Positions 8,229-17,790 of a stretch of DNA of 64,000 nucleotides are shown here, in pieces. Below the pieces are notes generated by a model, which ran no database searches, was not told the DNA's origin, and worked only from the letters and a program-made list of their open reading frames with translations. The DNA comes from an uncultured virus (IMG/VR IMGVR_UViG_3300017995_000001) (lineage: Duplodnaviria; Heunggongvirae; Uroviricota; Caudoviricetes). The position numbers and the translations under genes were made by a program. Position 1 is the first letter of the stretch. Every line of letters starts with the position of its first letter. The stretch lies in IMG/VR virus record IMGVR_UViG_3300017995_000001; one strand, written 5' to 3'.

Positions 8229-11200
8229 ATGTCTGACGACGGCCACGAGCCGAACGACCCGGGGCCGCCCGACGACGGGTTCGTGCCGCTCTCCGCGAAG
8301 GAGTTCCAGGCCCTAGTACAGGGACTCAAGCCGCGACCCGCCGAGGCCGAGCCGGAGACCGACCCGGCGCTCACGCACCCAGCCGCCTCCTCGATGTCGC
8401 TCGAGGAGCGCCTCGCCGCCGCCCAGGCCGAGGGGCTCGCGCCGAACCTGCGCCGCCAGCTCGCGTTCGTCGGGGCCGACGAGCGCGTCTTCGAGTTCCA
8501 GGCGCTCGGCGTCCGGCGCTACCCGAACGACTCGTTCGACAAGTCGCGCGCCGCCCACGCCAGGAGTCCAGAGGACGCCGTCGCGCTCTGCGCCGACGCC
8601 GACGGTTGGATCGCGCACGGCATCTACCTACTGCCGGCGCGCCTGCGCCCCGGCGTCGAGACCCGGCACGTCGCGCCCGGGCGCTGGTACGACATCCCCA
8701 AGGGCGGCGGCACGACCGACTCCGACGTCGAGTCGAGACTCATCCTGGCGGTCGACTTCGACGTCAAGCGGTCGAGCGCCATCTCCGCCACCGAGGAGGA
8801 GATGCAGCGGTCGGTGCGCGTCGCGCAGAGCGCGTGGAGCTTCCTCGCCCACCACCTCGGCGAGTCGTCGCTCGCGTACCTGCACTCGGGCAACGGGCGG
8901 CAGATCCACGTCGCGCTCGACTCCATCCCGGCGAACGACGAGTCGCGGCGCGCGATGTCGGGGCTGCTGACCGGCCTGGCGCACCTGTTCAACACGGACG
9001 AGGTCACGGTCGACGAGAAGCTGTCCGACGCCAAGCGCATCCTGCCGGCGTGCGGCACGGTGAAGAAGAAGGGGGCGCCCGGCGTCGACGAGCGCCCGCA
9101 CAGGCGCACGGCCATCGTGACGCCGGAGAAGCCGACGCGCGTCTCGCTGGAGAAGATCCTCGAGCTGGCGCGCGCCATCTGGGAGGGCGCGACCGCGGAG
9201 GGGCGCGCCGCCATCGAGAAGGCGTTCGGCGTCAAGCTGCAGCCGCCTCCCCCCAGCGTCGTCTCGGCTATCCAGCCCAAGCCCGAGTCGCCGTTCGCGC
9301 AGGCCAACGACGTCGACCCGCAGCAGGTCGCCGAGTGGCTCGGCCTCTACAACGCGCGCGGCGAGGTCGTGTGCCCCGGGTGCGGGGAGACCGAGGGCGT
9401 GTCGGTAATCAACTACGGGCTCAAGTGCCACCACAACCGGTGCAAGGACAGGGGCAAGGGCGGGTTCCGCACCAACATCGACCTCGTCATGGAGGTCCAG
9501 CACACCTCCGCGAAGGACGCCGTCGTCGCGATCAGCGACCGGTTCGGGCTGAACCTCGTCGTCGGCGGACCAACCCACACGCAGACCGCAACCGCGCAGC
9601 CGTCCACCACCGAGCAGACGGCGGCAGCCGAGGAGCAGCAGAAAAAGAACCTAGAAGAGTGGTTCCCGCCTCTCGGCGACCGACTCCGCGAGTCGGTGTC
9701 TCGCGCAGTCCGGCGCGCTAACGGAATCGAGAAGCCGGTACCGCTGCCTTGGGATCAGCTCAAGGAGCACTTCGGCGGCGGCCTCTGGCCCGGCGTCCAC
9801 GTCCTCTGCTCGGGCACCGGCGTCGGCAAGACCGCCGCGGTCCTGCAGGTGTGCAAGCACGCCGCCGAGAACAACGTGCCGACGGCGTACGTGGGCCTCG
9901 AGATGGACGACATGCAGTTCGACCTACGCGTCGTCGGGGAGGAGGCGCACATGCGGTGGAGCGACCTCTACACAGGGCAAGTCAACAACGACACCCTCAT
10001 GAAGGCCGCCACCGTCGCCATCGACATCGTCAAGAAAGAGCTACCGCTCCACCCATTCAACAGAAACCCGATGGAGTGGCCCGCGAGCAAGCTGCAGGCG
10101 CTCGCCGTCGCCTTGCGGCAGAAGTACCCCGAACCGCCGTTGTCCGAGAACAAGATGACCGGGGGTCCTGGGTCGAGGCCCCTCCTCATCGTACTCGACT
10201 ACCTGCAGATCATCGGGCCCGAGGAGGGCGAAGACGGCAAGTACAAGACCCTCGACCTCAGAGAGCGCATCGGCCGCGCGGCCTACGCGATGCGCGAGGT
10301 GGCAACGGCGCACAACATCGCGATCCTCGTCGTCGCCTCGGTCGCGCGCGACAAGTACGGCCTCTGGCCGATGGTGATGAACGCCGAGCTGCAGTGGGAG
10401 ATGGACGGCACGAAGGTCGTCGGCCGGCGCGTCGGTATCCCCGACATCCTCGTGGGTCTCGGCAAGGAGAGCGGCGAGATCGAGTACGGCGCCGACAGCG
10501 TCAGCGTCCTCTCCCGCGTGCCGGACACGTACGTCGACGGCCAGGGCGAGAGCGTCGTCTTCGTCACCGCCAAGGGCCGCGCGACGGGCGCGCGGTGGAC
10601 CCCGATGCACTTCACGGGCTTCCGGTACGAGCCGGCCCGCGACGGGGGCGAGGCGGTGCTCGAGGCCCTGCAGAGGGCCGACAAGGGCAAGGAGCAGAAG
10701 AGGGCCCAGAAGGAGGAGGACAAGCGCCGGGCGGAGGAGGAGGTCGCCCAGCGGCGGGCCTCCGCCGAGGCGTCCAGGGAGCAGCAGCGCACCCGGGACC
10801 GGGACGCCTGCCTGCGCGTGGTCTCCCAGTACCCCGGGATCGGGTCCCGCCAGCTCCGGGCGTCGATGGCCGCCGTGCTGGGCGGCTGCGGCAAGGACCG
10901 GGCGGACGACGCGATCACCTACTGTGAGAACGTGTCCCACACCATCACCATCGACCGGAGCAACCCGAAGGACCTGAAGCACTACCCAGCGGGGCGTCCT
11001 GCCCCGTACGGGGAGCCTCCCGATGGGGATCCGTCTACCGATCGGTGTGTGATGTCCGGTCCGAAAAAATCCCCCATACCCCCTATGTGTGGCGCGCCAC
11101 ACGCCACACCGGGGGGAGTGGCGGAGCCACAGAGCGCCACACCCGCCACACCCGCCGTAAGTGACGGTAACGACGCAGGGAACGTGTGGCGCGAGCCTCC

Positions 11201-11513
11201 AGCCACACCCGCCACACCTCCCCCACCGCGCGTAAGTAGCGAGAATGACGTGGAGACGGACGCCGACGCGCTGTTCGAGCTGGACGAGTCCGAGTGGCGG
11301 TCGTTCACCTCGGCCCGAGGGTGGTCGGTCAAGCGCACCGGCGCGGCCCGCAGCCTGGCCAAGCCCCGCCAGGACCGGGCGCGCGCGGACGCCGTCGCGC
11401 TGGGGCGCGCCGCGGCCCAGGGGGAGGACCCGCGCGCCTGGGCGACCGAGCGCGGGTGGGACGACGCCCGGATCCGCGCGGCGTTGCGGTTCGTGCCGCC
11501 TGAGAGGGGCTAG
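8229..11513 (+). CDS. Primase-helicase fusion: AEP/RepB'-like primase, Zn finger and DnaB-like (SF4) helicase
   Basis: AVDFD, HSGNGRQIH, DAKRILPACGT; CPGC...CHHNRC; Walker A GTGVGKT; LIVLDYLQII; KESGEIEYGAD. Confidence 0.85.
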   Translation: MSDDGHEPNDPGPPDDGFVPLSAKEFQALVQGLKPRPAEAEPETDPALTHPAASSMSLEERLAAAQAEGLAPNLRRQLAFVGADERVFEFQALGVRRYPNDSFDKSRAAHARSPEDAVALCADADGWIAHGIYLLPARLRPGVETRHVAPGRWYDIPKGGGTTDSDVESRLILAVDFDVKRSSAISATEEEMQRSVRVAQSAWSFLAHHLGESSLAYLHSGNGRQIHVALDSIPANDESRRAMSGLLTGLAHLFNTDEVTVDEKLSDAKRILPACGTVKKKGAPGVDERPHRRTAIVTPEKPTRVSLEKILELARAIWEGATAEGRAAIEKAFGVKLQPPPPSVVSAIQPKPESPFAQANDVDPQQVAEWLGLYNARGEVVCPGCGETEGVSVINYGLKCHHNRCKDRGKGGFRTNIDLVMEVQHTSAKDAVVAISDRFGLNLVVGGPTHTQTATAQPSTTEQTAAAEEQQKKNLEEWFPPLGDRLRESVSRAVRRANGIEKPVPLPWDQLKEHFGGGLWPGVHVLCSGTGVGKTAAVLQVCKHAAENNVPTAYVGLEMDDMQFDLRVVGEEAHMRWSDLYTGQVNNDTLMKAATVAIDIVKKELPLHPFNRNPMEWPASKLQALAVALRQKYPEPPLSENKMTGGPGSRPLLIVLDYLQIIGPEEGEDGKYKTLDLRERIGRAAYAMREVATAHNIAILVVASVARDKYGLWPMVMNAELQWEMDGTKVVGRRVGIPDILVGLGKESGEIEYGADSVSVLSRVPDTYVDGQGESVVFVTAKGRATGARWTPMHFTGFRYEPARDGGEAVLEALQRADKGKEQKRAQKEEDKRRAEEEVAQRRASAEASREQQRTRDRDACLRVVSQYPGIGSRQLRASMAAVLGGCGKDRADDAITYCENVSHTITIDRSNPKDLKHYPAGRPAPYGEPPDGDPSTDRCVMSGPKKSPIPPMCGAPHATPGGVAEPQSATPATPAVSDGNDAGNVWREPPATPATPPPPRVSSENDVETDADALFELDESEWRSFTSARGWSVKRTGAARSLAKPRQDRARADAVALGRAAAQGEDPRAWATERGWDDARIRAALRFVPPERG
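11087..11218. repeat. GCCAC(AC) repeat cluster with a 16-bp palindrome; candidate replication origin
   Basis: 10 GCCAC/GTGGC copies in about 130 bp; GTGTGGCGCGCCACAC at 11087-11102. Confidence 0.55.
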
Positions 11514-12230
11514 GGCGAGCGCCCGGGCGGGAGCGTGAACTCCGCCCTGACCTCGTCGCTGAGGGTTATCCAGAGCGACGTCGAGGCGACCGGCCGGGGA
11601 CCCAGCACCGGGTGCAGGTCCTCGCCGCGCACGACGGGTCGGTAGAACAGGAGCGCCACCAGCCTAGCGAGCGATGCGGACCGGTGCGAGAGGATGGCCC
11701 GCGCCGTCGCGTAGCCGGTGCGCATCACGCGCAGCTCCTGCTCGGTGAGTTGCTCGACGAACACGCGCTCGAAGGCGAGCGCTCGCTCCGGCGGCGGCGG
11801 CCACGGCGGCTCCGCACCGCCGGCCTGGACGATGGCGCGGCAGAGGGCGGCCGCCTCCATGAGGTCCTCGGACGCGGGCCCGCTGCGCGCGCGCCGCAGG
11901 ACCATCATCTCGGCCGCGACGCCGCCGGAGCGCGACGACGAGGCGGCACCAGTGCGCCGCGGGCTGGGGCGCGGCCGACAGCCATGCGTTGCGCACGTGC
12001 CCGCCCCTGCCGCCGTCGCCGCTGCTGCGCACGTTGACGGAGAGGACCTCGGCGACCGCCGTGCAGTGCCAGGCCAGCAGCGCGTGGCCGGCCTCGTGGA
12101 CCACCACGGAGGGGTTCACGGCCGGCGGCGGAGTCGCTGGCGGCGGGCGCGACGGGCGGAACAGCGCGACGAGGGCCGGGACGGTCGCGGTCAGCGCGGA
12201 CGCGGCGAGGGCGGCGGCTAGCGGGGTCAC
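11510..12230 (-). pseudogene. Membrane-anchored peptidase M41 (FtsH-protease)-like gene with a 1-nt frameshift
   Basis: N-terminal hydrophobic segment; VVVHEAGHA; removing one base at about 11927 gives VVALGGVAAEMMVL...EDL. Confidence 0.7.
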
Positions 12231-12646
12231 TGCAGGACGCCGGCGACTCGCAGGACGTCGCGCGCGCGCTCGTAGGAGCCGGGCGCGTTCCACAGGCGAC
12301 TCAACCCAGACGGGTGTGGGAGCGTGACGTAGCGGAGGAACCCGACGTACTGCGTGAACGGCCGGAACGAGAAGCCGAACGCGCCCGTGACCCTCGCCCC
12401 GAGCATGACGACGACGCCGCCCTGGTGGGACTGCTCGATCTCGGCAGACCTGAGTCGGGCCTCCTTGATACGCCACCGCGTGGCGCAGAGGTTCACCCGC
12501 TCGAAGCGGTCGAGGTACTCGCGGTCGGTGAGCCCCATGATCTTCTCGCAGAGCCGGTGCCCCGCGCAGCCGCGAGGGTAGGGGTAGAGCGCGTAGTCCG
12601 GGTCGCCGCCGTACGGGTTCGCCTCGCCGACGAGCAGCGGCTTCAT
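12227..12646 (-). CDS. Uracil-DNA glycosylase superfamily-like protein
   Basis: LLVGEANP...NL...MLGARV...LPHPSGLSRLWN. Confidence 0.6.
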   Translation of the reverse strand: MKPLLVGEANPYGGDPDYALYPYPRGCAGHRLCEKIMGLTDREYLDRFERVNLCATRWRIKEARLRSAEIEQSHQGGVVVMLGARVTGAFGFSFRPFTQYVGFLRYVTLPHPSGLSRLWNAPGSYERARDVLRVAGVLQ

Positions 12647-12981
12647 CACGTCCGTCTCGTGTGACCGCAGCTCTCGCACCGACCGTCCTCGCCGACGCTC
12701 CACTTAGCGCGCTCCTCCTCGGTGCAGTCGCAGAACAGCTCGGGGGCCGGCGCCTCGTCGACCAGCCACACGACGGTCTCTACCGAACCGCCGTCGGAGT
12801 CGAACTGCGCCTCGTGGTCCACGCCCGACACGACGCCGCAGAACGGGTGGTGCTTGCCCGGGTTGACGCGCGGGTGCCATAGCGTGAACCGGTCGCCGAC
12901 GCGCGGCAGATAATCGGCGTGGAACTCGCCGAGGTCCTCGCCCTCGTCGTTGTTCGGGACCTTGATGGTGTAGCTAGGCAT
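12646..12981 (-). CDS. Hypothetical protein
   Basis: LPRVGD; coupling; GGAG RBS. Confidence 0.6.
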   Translation of the reverse strand: MPSYTIKVPNNDEGEDLGEFHADYLPRVGDRFTLWHPRVNPGKHHPFCGVVSGVDHEAQFDSDGGSVETVVWLVDEAPAPELFCDCTEEERAKWSVGEDGRCESCGHTRRT

Positions 12982-13451
12982 GCTCTTCTCTCCTCCAGTC
13001 CTTCCTCCGCAGCCCGCGGACGATCCGGCTCACGCTGGACCGGTGCAGGCCCGTCTCCCTGGCGATGCGCGTGAAGCTCATCGTCCCGGCCAGCGCCAGG
13101 ACGCGCTCCACGTGGTCGGTCCGGCGGTGGCCGGTGAAGCGGCTGGGCGCGGTGCCGTGGACCTTCTTGTCCGCCTCGTTGTGCTCCTTGAGCTTCCACT
13201 AGGTTGTCGAGCTGGTTGTTGCCCTTGCGGCCGTCCTTGTGCGCCGCCTCGTGGCGTGGCGACGGCGCGGGCCCGACGAACGCCTCGAGCACGGCCTTGT
13301 GCACGAGCAGCACGCGCGGCGTCTTGACGCGGGCGTAGCCGCTGTCGCTCAGGTGCGGCTTGAGCACGCGCCCGCCTCGCCGGACGCGACCCTCGCTCGA
13401 CACCTCGTAGCGTGGGTCGAGGCGCGCGGGGAGCCACCGCTCGGCGGTCAC
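12974..13451 (-). pseudogene. NUMOD4-HNH endonuclease with C-terminal HTH, frameshifted at about 13199
   Basis: YEVSSEGRVR...VHKAVLEAFVG...HKDG..NNQLDNL, continuing in another frame as WKLKEHNEADKKVHGT...IARETGLHRSSVSRIV. Confidence 0.75.
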
Positions 13452-13852
13452 TCCGAAGGCTCCAGGTGCTTGCCTATCTGTTCACACGCGGGGCAGGCGC
13501 GCCCTGGGGGGCACCTACCCTCCCTCATCTTCCTGTCGCCCCACATGACCACCTTTGGCGCTTCAGGACGGAAGGCGGCGTCCGCGTTGTCGCCAGACGC
13601 CTGGAGGGCCGCCTTGCCGATGCGGATCACGGCGCGCAGCGCGTCGCCGGCCTCGTCCTTGTACCGGTCGTCGTCCCAGGCGTAGGGGCCGCGACCCTCG
13701 GTGACCCACATGCGCGAGGCGGCCTCCCGCACCATGCGGTCGATCGCCTCGGCGAGGCCGGTGCGGTCTCGGTGGATGAGACCCCTCAGTCGCTCGACCT
13801 CGATGCGTTGGCCCTCACGCTCTGCGTGGGTAGTCAGGAAAAAGTCTTTCAT
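13448..13852 (-). CDS. Hypothetical protein
   Basis: Coupled to helicase stop; EGRGPYAWDDDRY. Confidence 0.6.
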   Translation of the reverse strand: MKDFFLTTHAEREGQRIEVERLRGLIHRDRTGLAEAIDRMVREAASRMWVTEGRGPYAWDDDRYKDEAGDALRAVIRIGKAALQASGDNADAAFRPEAPKVVMWGDRKMREGRCPPGRACPACEQIGKHLEPSE

Positions 13853-15627
13853 CACCCGATCCCCTCGTCCTCTAGCCAGTCGGAGAACCCGCTGTCCTCG
13901 TACTGCGGCGAGTCGTAGGACGGCCCGTCGTCGACGGGCACGTCGTCGACCGGCCTGTCGTCCATCGACGCGTCGAACGCCTCCACGGTGCGCTCCATCG
14001 CGGCCTGCACCTCGGACACCTCCTCGGCGGCCGCCGCCTCGCTCAGCGCCTGCTCCTCTCGCTGCGCCTGCTCCTCTCGCTCCGCCTTGCGCCGGAGGCG
14101 CCGCGCCAGCAGCTCCTGCCATAGCCCGTCGGTCGCGAAGTCGTTCTTTATCTTCTCCGACCAGTGCCGCGGGGGCCACGCGCCGTAGTGCTCCTTGAAG
14201 AGCGCGCTCGCGAACCCCGGCTTGAACCCCTTGGACTTCGCCGTCACGACCTGCCGCCAGAAGAACGCCCACTTGAGCGCCTCGGGCTCGGTCTGGCGCT
14301 CCCTCAGCTCCGCACTGGCGTCCTCCGACAGGTCGGGCGCCCCGCGCGGCAGCTCCGCGCCGCAGTGCGGGCAGACGGTCTTGCCCAGCTCGACGTAGGC
14401 GCCGCACGCGGGGCACTTGCGCATCGGCGCCTGCCCCTTGGCCCGCTTCGGGCGCTCGGTGAGCGACCACTGCACGTCCTCGAACGGGCAGCCGAGCCGG
14501 TCGAAGTTGCCGGCGTGGTCGAGCAGGAGCGGCACGACTCGGTTCCACGGGCGCATCTCGCGCCCCACCGTCTGGCGCCAGAGGGTGACGCTCTGGGTGG
14601 GCCGCGCGTGCACGACGCACTTGATCGCCGGCACGTCGAGACCCTCGACGGCGACCAGGCAGTTGGTGACCAGCTCCAGCCGCCCGGACGCGAGGTCTCG
14701 CAGCATCGCCTCGCGGTGGCTCTCCGGCGTGTCGCCGTCGAGGTGCGCGACGCGGACGCCGGCCAGCTCGAACCGGCCGGCGAGCGACAGCGAGTGCTCG
14801 ACGTTCACGGCGAAGAGGATCGTCCGCCGGCGATCGCCCTCGACGAGCTTCTGCGGGACGCGCGCGCCCGCATCGGTGAAGACCGGGTGCAGGTGCGCGC
14901 GCCGCAGCCAGTGCTCGACGACGTTGCCCTCCAGCCGCGAGGTGCGCACGACGTCGCCGAGCTGGCCCTCGTCGAAGTCCGCGCCGGACTTCCTTACCTT
15001 CGAGACGTCGGGCTGCTCGCTGCCTGCGAAGCAGTCCGGCGCGACGAGCCAGTCGGGGTGCTTGAGCAGCTCCCCGTAGGTCGCGACCTGCACCAGCTCC
15101 TGGAACAGCTCGCCGCCGAGCGGGCGGCCGTCCAGGCGCACCGGCGTGGCGGTGAAGCCGATCACGATCGCGTCCGGGTACGCCTTCAGCAGCTCCACGT
15201 ACGAGTCGCTCGCGGCCCGGTGGGCCTCGTCCACGATGATGATGACCTGCTTGCCGAGGAACGGCTTGTCGCGCCGCGCGAGCGTGGAGATGCTGGCCAC
15301 CTGCACCGAGGCCGACGGGTCGTAGCGCGCGTCGGCGCCGCGGATGACTCCGACGTGGGTGATGCCCTGGTCGGCGAGCTGGCGCACGCACTGGTCGATG
15401 ATCTCCTTGCGGTGCGCGACGAACAGGACCGGCAGCGTCGCGGTCCGGATGATGTTCGCCAGGATGAACATCTTGCCGCTGCCGGTGGGGCTCACGCAGA
15501 GCAGGCGCGTCACGCCCATCAGCACCTTCGCGCGCACCGAGACGATCGCGCGCGACTGGTAGGGTCGCAACTTCTTGGACAGCGCGGCGGCCGAGAGCGC
15601 GGGCGACTCGAAGAGCGGCAGCGTCAC
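13852..15627 (-). CDS. SF2 DEAH helicase (RadD/UvsW-like) with Zn ribbon
   Basis: LRPYQ, PTGSGK, DEAH, TATP, EGLDVP, QTVGREMR, CPAC...CPHC. Confidence 0.9.
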   Translation of the reverse strand: MTLPLFESPALSAAALSKKLRPYQSRAIVSVRAKVLMGVTRLLCVSPTGSGKMFILANIIRTATLPVLFVAHRKEIIDQCVRQLADQGITHVGVIRGADARYDPSASVQVASISTLARRDKPFLGKQVIIIVDEAHRAASDSYVELLKAYPDAIVIGFTATPVRLDGRPLGGELFQELVQVATYGELLKHPDWLVAPDCFAGSEQPDVSKVRKSGADFDEGQLGDVVRTSRLEGNVVEHWLRRAHLHPVFTDAGARVPQKLVEGDRRRTILFAVNVEHSLSLAGRFELAGVRVAHLDGDTPESHREAMLRDLASGRLELVTNCLVAVEGLDVPAIKCVVHARPTQSVTLWRQTVGREMRPWNRVVPLLLDHAGNFDRLGCPFEDVQWSLTERPKRAKGQAPMRKCPACGAYVELGKTVCPHCGAELPRGAPDLSEDASAELRERQTEPEALKWAFFWRQVVTAKSKGFKPGFASALFKEHYGAWPPRHWSEKIKNDFATDGLWQELLARRLRRKAEREEQAQREEQALSEAAAAEEVSEVQAAMERTVEAFDASMDDRPVDDVPVDDGPSYDSPQYEDSGFSDWLEDEGIG

Positions 15628-15866
15628 GTCGCCACCGCGACGACGTCGAGGATCTTGCCCATGATGCGCGAGGCCGTCTTGGCCCGCATGCGCCGGCCCG
15701 GCTTGAGCAGCCGGCGCACCGTCGACTCGTGCTCGCCGATGCGCTTGCAGAGCGTCCCGAACGGGATCCCCCCTGATCCGCCGCACACCCTGCACGGGTC
15801 GGCCCAGCCGCCCGGGCGGTGGACCAGTCCGCGGACGCAGCCGGGCGCGTCGCAGGCGACGATCAC
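15624..15866 (-). CDS. Small Zn-finger/HTH-like protein
   Basis: CDAPGC...CRVCGGSG; LCKRIGEHESTVRRLL. Confidence 0.55.
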   Translation of the reverse strand: MIVACDAPGCVRGLVHRPGGWADPCRVCGGSGGIPFGTLCKRIGEHESTVRRLLKPGRRMRAKTASRIMGKILDVVAVAT

Positions 15867-16027
15867 GCGCGTCCCTGGAGCAGCGTCCTCGCTACCGCGC
15901 TCACGTTCACCGGCATCCCGGTCCGCTTGCTCTGCTTTTCCGCGAGCTTCTCCAGTTTCTCGAGCAGCCGCTGCGGCACGCGCAGCCCGAGGTAGACCAT
16001 CCGATCCTTCTTCTTGTCGACGGGCAT
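15863..16027 (-). CDS. Ribbon-helix-helix transcriptional regulator
   Basis: VYLGLRVPQRLLEKLEKLA...NVSAVARTLL; first gene after the divergent intergenic region. Confidence 0.7.
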   Translation of the reverse strand: MPVDKKKDRMVYLGLRVPQRLLEKLEKLAEKQSKRTGMPVNVSAVARTLLQGRA

Positions 16028-16131
16028 GTTGAACACCGATAACACAAAATGGCTTGCTGTGCTCGAAAGAGCGGCGTACGTTGCGGCCAGTTGGGTTTGG
16101 TCTGAGTCGGTTTTGACAGTGGAGGTCTCGG

Positions 16132-16485
16132 ATGTCGGACGGCAAGAGCGCCGCGCCAGCGGGCAGCGGCGCGCCTTCGGGGAAGCGCGACTGGGGTAAG
16201 TGGCGCGACTACCGCGCGACGTTCTCAGATCGCTCCGACGCGGAGCTGGTGGCGTGCGGGACGTGCGGTCGCCCGTGCGACAAGGTCGGCTCGAAGCACC
16301 CGCGCTGCGACGGGTGCTGGGAGGTAGAGCACCGGCTAGATTCGTATCTGCGCGACGGCGGGGACGCAGCGGCTGCCGTCCTGATCGATGCTCTATCGGG
16401 GACTTCTCCACCGTCGGACGGGCCGTGCGGAGAGTGTGGTCACCCGCATCCTCTCCTCCACATCAAGTACAGGAGCGCGTCGTGA
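16132..16485 (+). CDS. Hypothetical Zn-finger protein
   Basis: GGAGG RBS; several CxxC pairs. Confidence 0.55.
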   Translation: MSDGKSAAPAGSGAPSGKRDWGKWRDYRATFSDRSDAELVACGTCGRPCDKVGSKHPRCDGCWEVEHRLDSYLRDGGDAAAAVLIDALSGTSPPSDGPCGECGHPHPLLHIKYRSAS

Positions 16486-17165
16486 GGCGCGCCCTGCTGC
16501 TCGACACGGAGACGACCTCGATCAGCCCGCAGGACGGTAAGGTCGTCGAGGTGGCGGCGTGCCTGTACGACCTAGAGCTGGGCTGCCCGCTCGAGAGCTA
16601 CGCGTCGCTCATCAGGTCCCCGGACAACGCCGGCGAGAGGCACAACCGCATCCCGGCGGCGGCGCTCGCGGACGCCAACCACGGCATCGAGGTGTGGCGG
16701 CGCGTCGCGGAGCTGTCGCAGACGGCGGACGTCGTCGCCGCGCACAACGCTGAGTTCGACCGGTCGTTCGTGCGCGCGGCCGGCGTCGCTTCGCTGGCGG
16801 ACCGCGCGTGGGTCTGCACGATGGACGACTTCGAGTGGGACTCGGGCAGCAAGAAGCTCGTCGAGATCGCGCTCGGCTACGGCCTGGGCGTCGCGAGCGC
16901 GCACCGCGCGCTCACCGACGTCGACACGATGGCCCGCATCCTCACGCGGGTGAAGGAGATGGGCGGCGACCTGCCGGCGCTCTTCCGCCGCGCGGCGCGC
17001 CCGAAGGCTCTCTTCTACGCGATGGTCTCGTACGAGCGGCGGCAGGTCGCCAAGGACCACGGCTTCCGGTGGGACGAGGCCAAGCACGGCAAGAACTGGT
17101 TCCGGCACATGGTGCCAGAGGACGCGGCGGCGCTGCCGTTTTCGGTGAGGATGGTCTCCACATGA
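16482..17165 (+). CDS. DEDDh 3'-5' exonuclease (DnaQ-like)
   Basis: LLDTETT, AHNAEFD, AHRALTD. Confidence 0.9.
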   Translation: MRRALLLDTETTSISPQDGKVVEVAACLYDLELGCPLESYASLIRSPDNAGERHNRIPAAALADANHGIEVWRRVAELSQTADVVAAHNAEFDRSFVRAAGVASLADRAWVCTMDDFEWDSGSKKLVEIALGYGLGVASAHRALTDVDTMARILTRVKEMGGDLPALFRRAARPKALFYAMVSYERRQVAKDHGFRWDEAKHGKNWFRHMVPEDAAALPFSVRMVST

Positions 17166-17614
17166 ACCGGGCGGACGAGTGGATCGCCGAGAACCTCACC
17201 GTCGAGGCGAGCGCCGGACCGACGGTCCGGCGCAACGTGCTCGAGGCGGCGGTCGCCAAGCTCCTCGCGGAGCGGGACGTCGACGTAGAGAAGTGGCAGG
17301 CGTACGAGCGAGACTACGTCTTGCCGTGCTTCAAGTGGGCCGAGGAGTCAGGGTTCGACCTCCGCAAGGCCGTAGCCGAGAATCCAGGTCGCAACTGCGT
17401 AGACCTGCTGGTCCGGTGGCTACAGTCCAGGGCGCGCGCCGCGGCGGCGTACGCCGAGACCGTCGACGGCGTGCGCGAGGCGCTCGGCCAGGAGGCGACG
17501 CACTACCAGGTCGTCGCCGGGGACGTGGAGGAGCTGGTCAAGGCGGTCGAACTCTGCGCGAGCGACGGCGGCTGCCGGGCGATGACCGTGCTCCGGAAGT
17601 TGAGGGAGCGATGA
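17162..17614 (+). CDS. Hypothetical protein
   Basis: ATGA coupling. Confidence 0.6.
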   Translation: MNRADEWIAENLTVEASAGPTVRRNVLEAAVAKLLAERDVDVEKWQAYERDYVLPCFKWAEESGFDLRKAVAENPGRNCVDLLVRWLQSRARAAAAYAETVDGVREALGQEATHYQVVAGDVEELVKAVELCASDGGCRAMTVLRKLRER

Positions 17615-17790
17615 CGAGGCGCGCGAGAGTGGGGAAGGTCCCGAGCGTCCTCTACGTGGTGTGCTCCACGCCGGGCAACCCGCACGCTGCCGGTCCGCTG
17701 GAGGTGTTCACGCGAAAGCGGGACGCGCAGCGGGCGAGCCGCTGGGGAGACCAGCGACTCGTGGAGTTCGTGCCGAGGGGTCACGGCTGA
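17611..17790 (+). CDS. Small hypothetical protein
   Basis: Coupled at both ends. Confidence 0.45.
   Translation: MTRRARVGKVPSVLYVVCSTPGNPHAAGPLEVFTRKRDAQRASRWGDQRLVEFVPRGHG

Noticed and set aside
11920..13200. Programmed ribosomal frameshifting at the broken genes
   Set aside because: No X XXY YYZ slippery sites at the shift points
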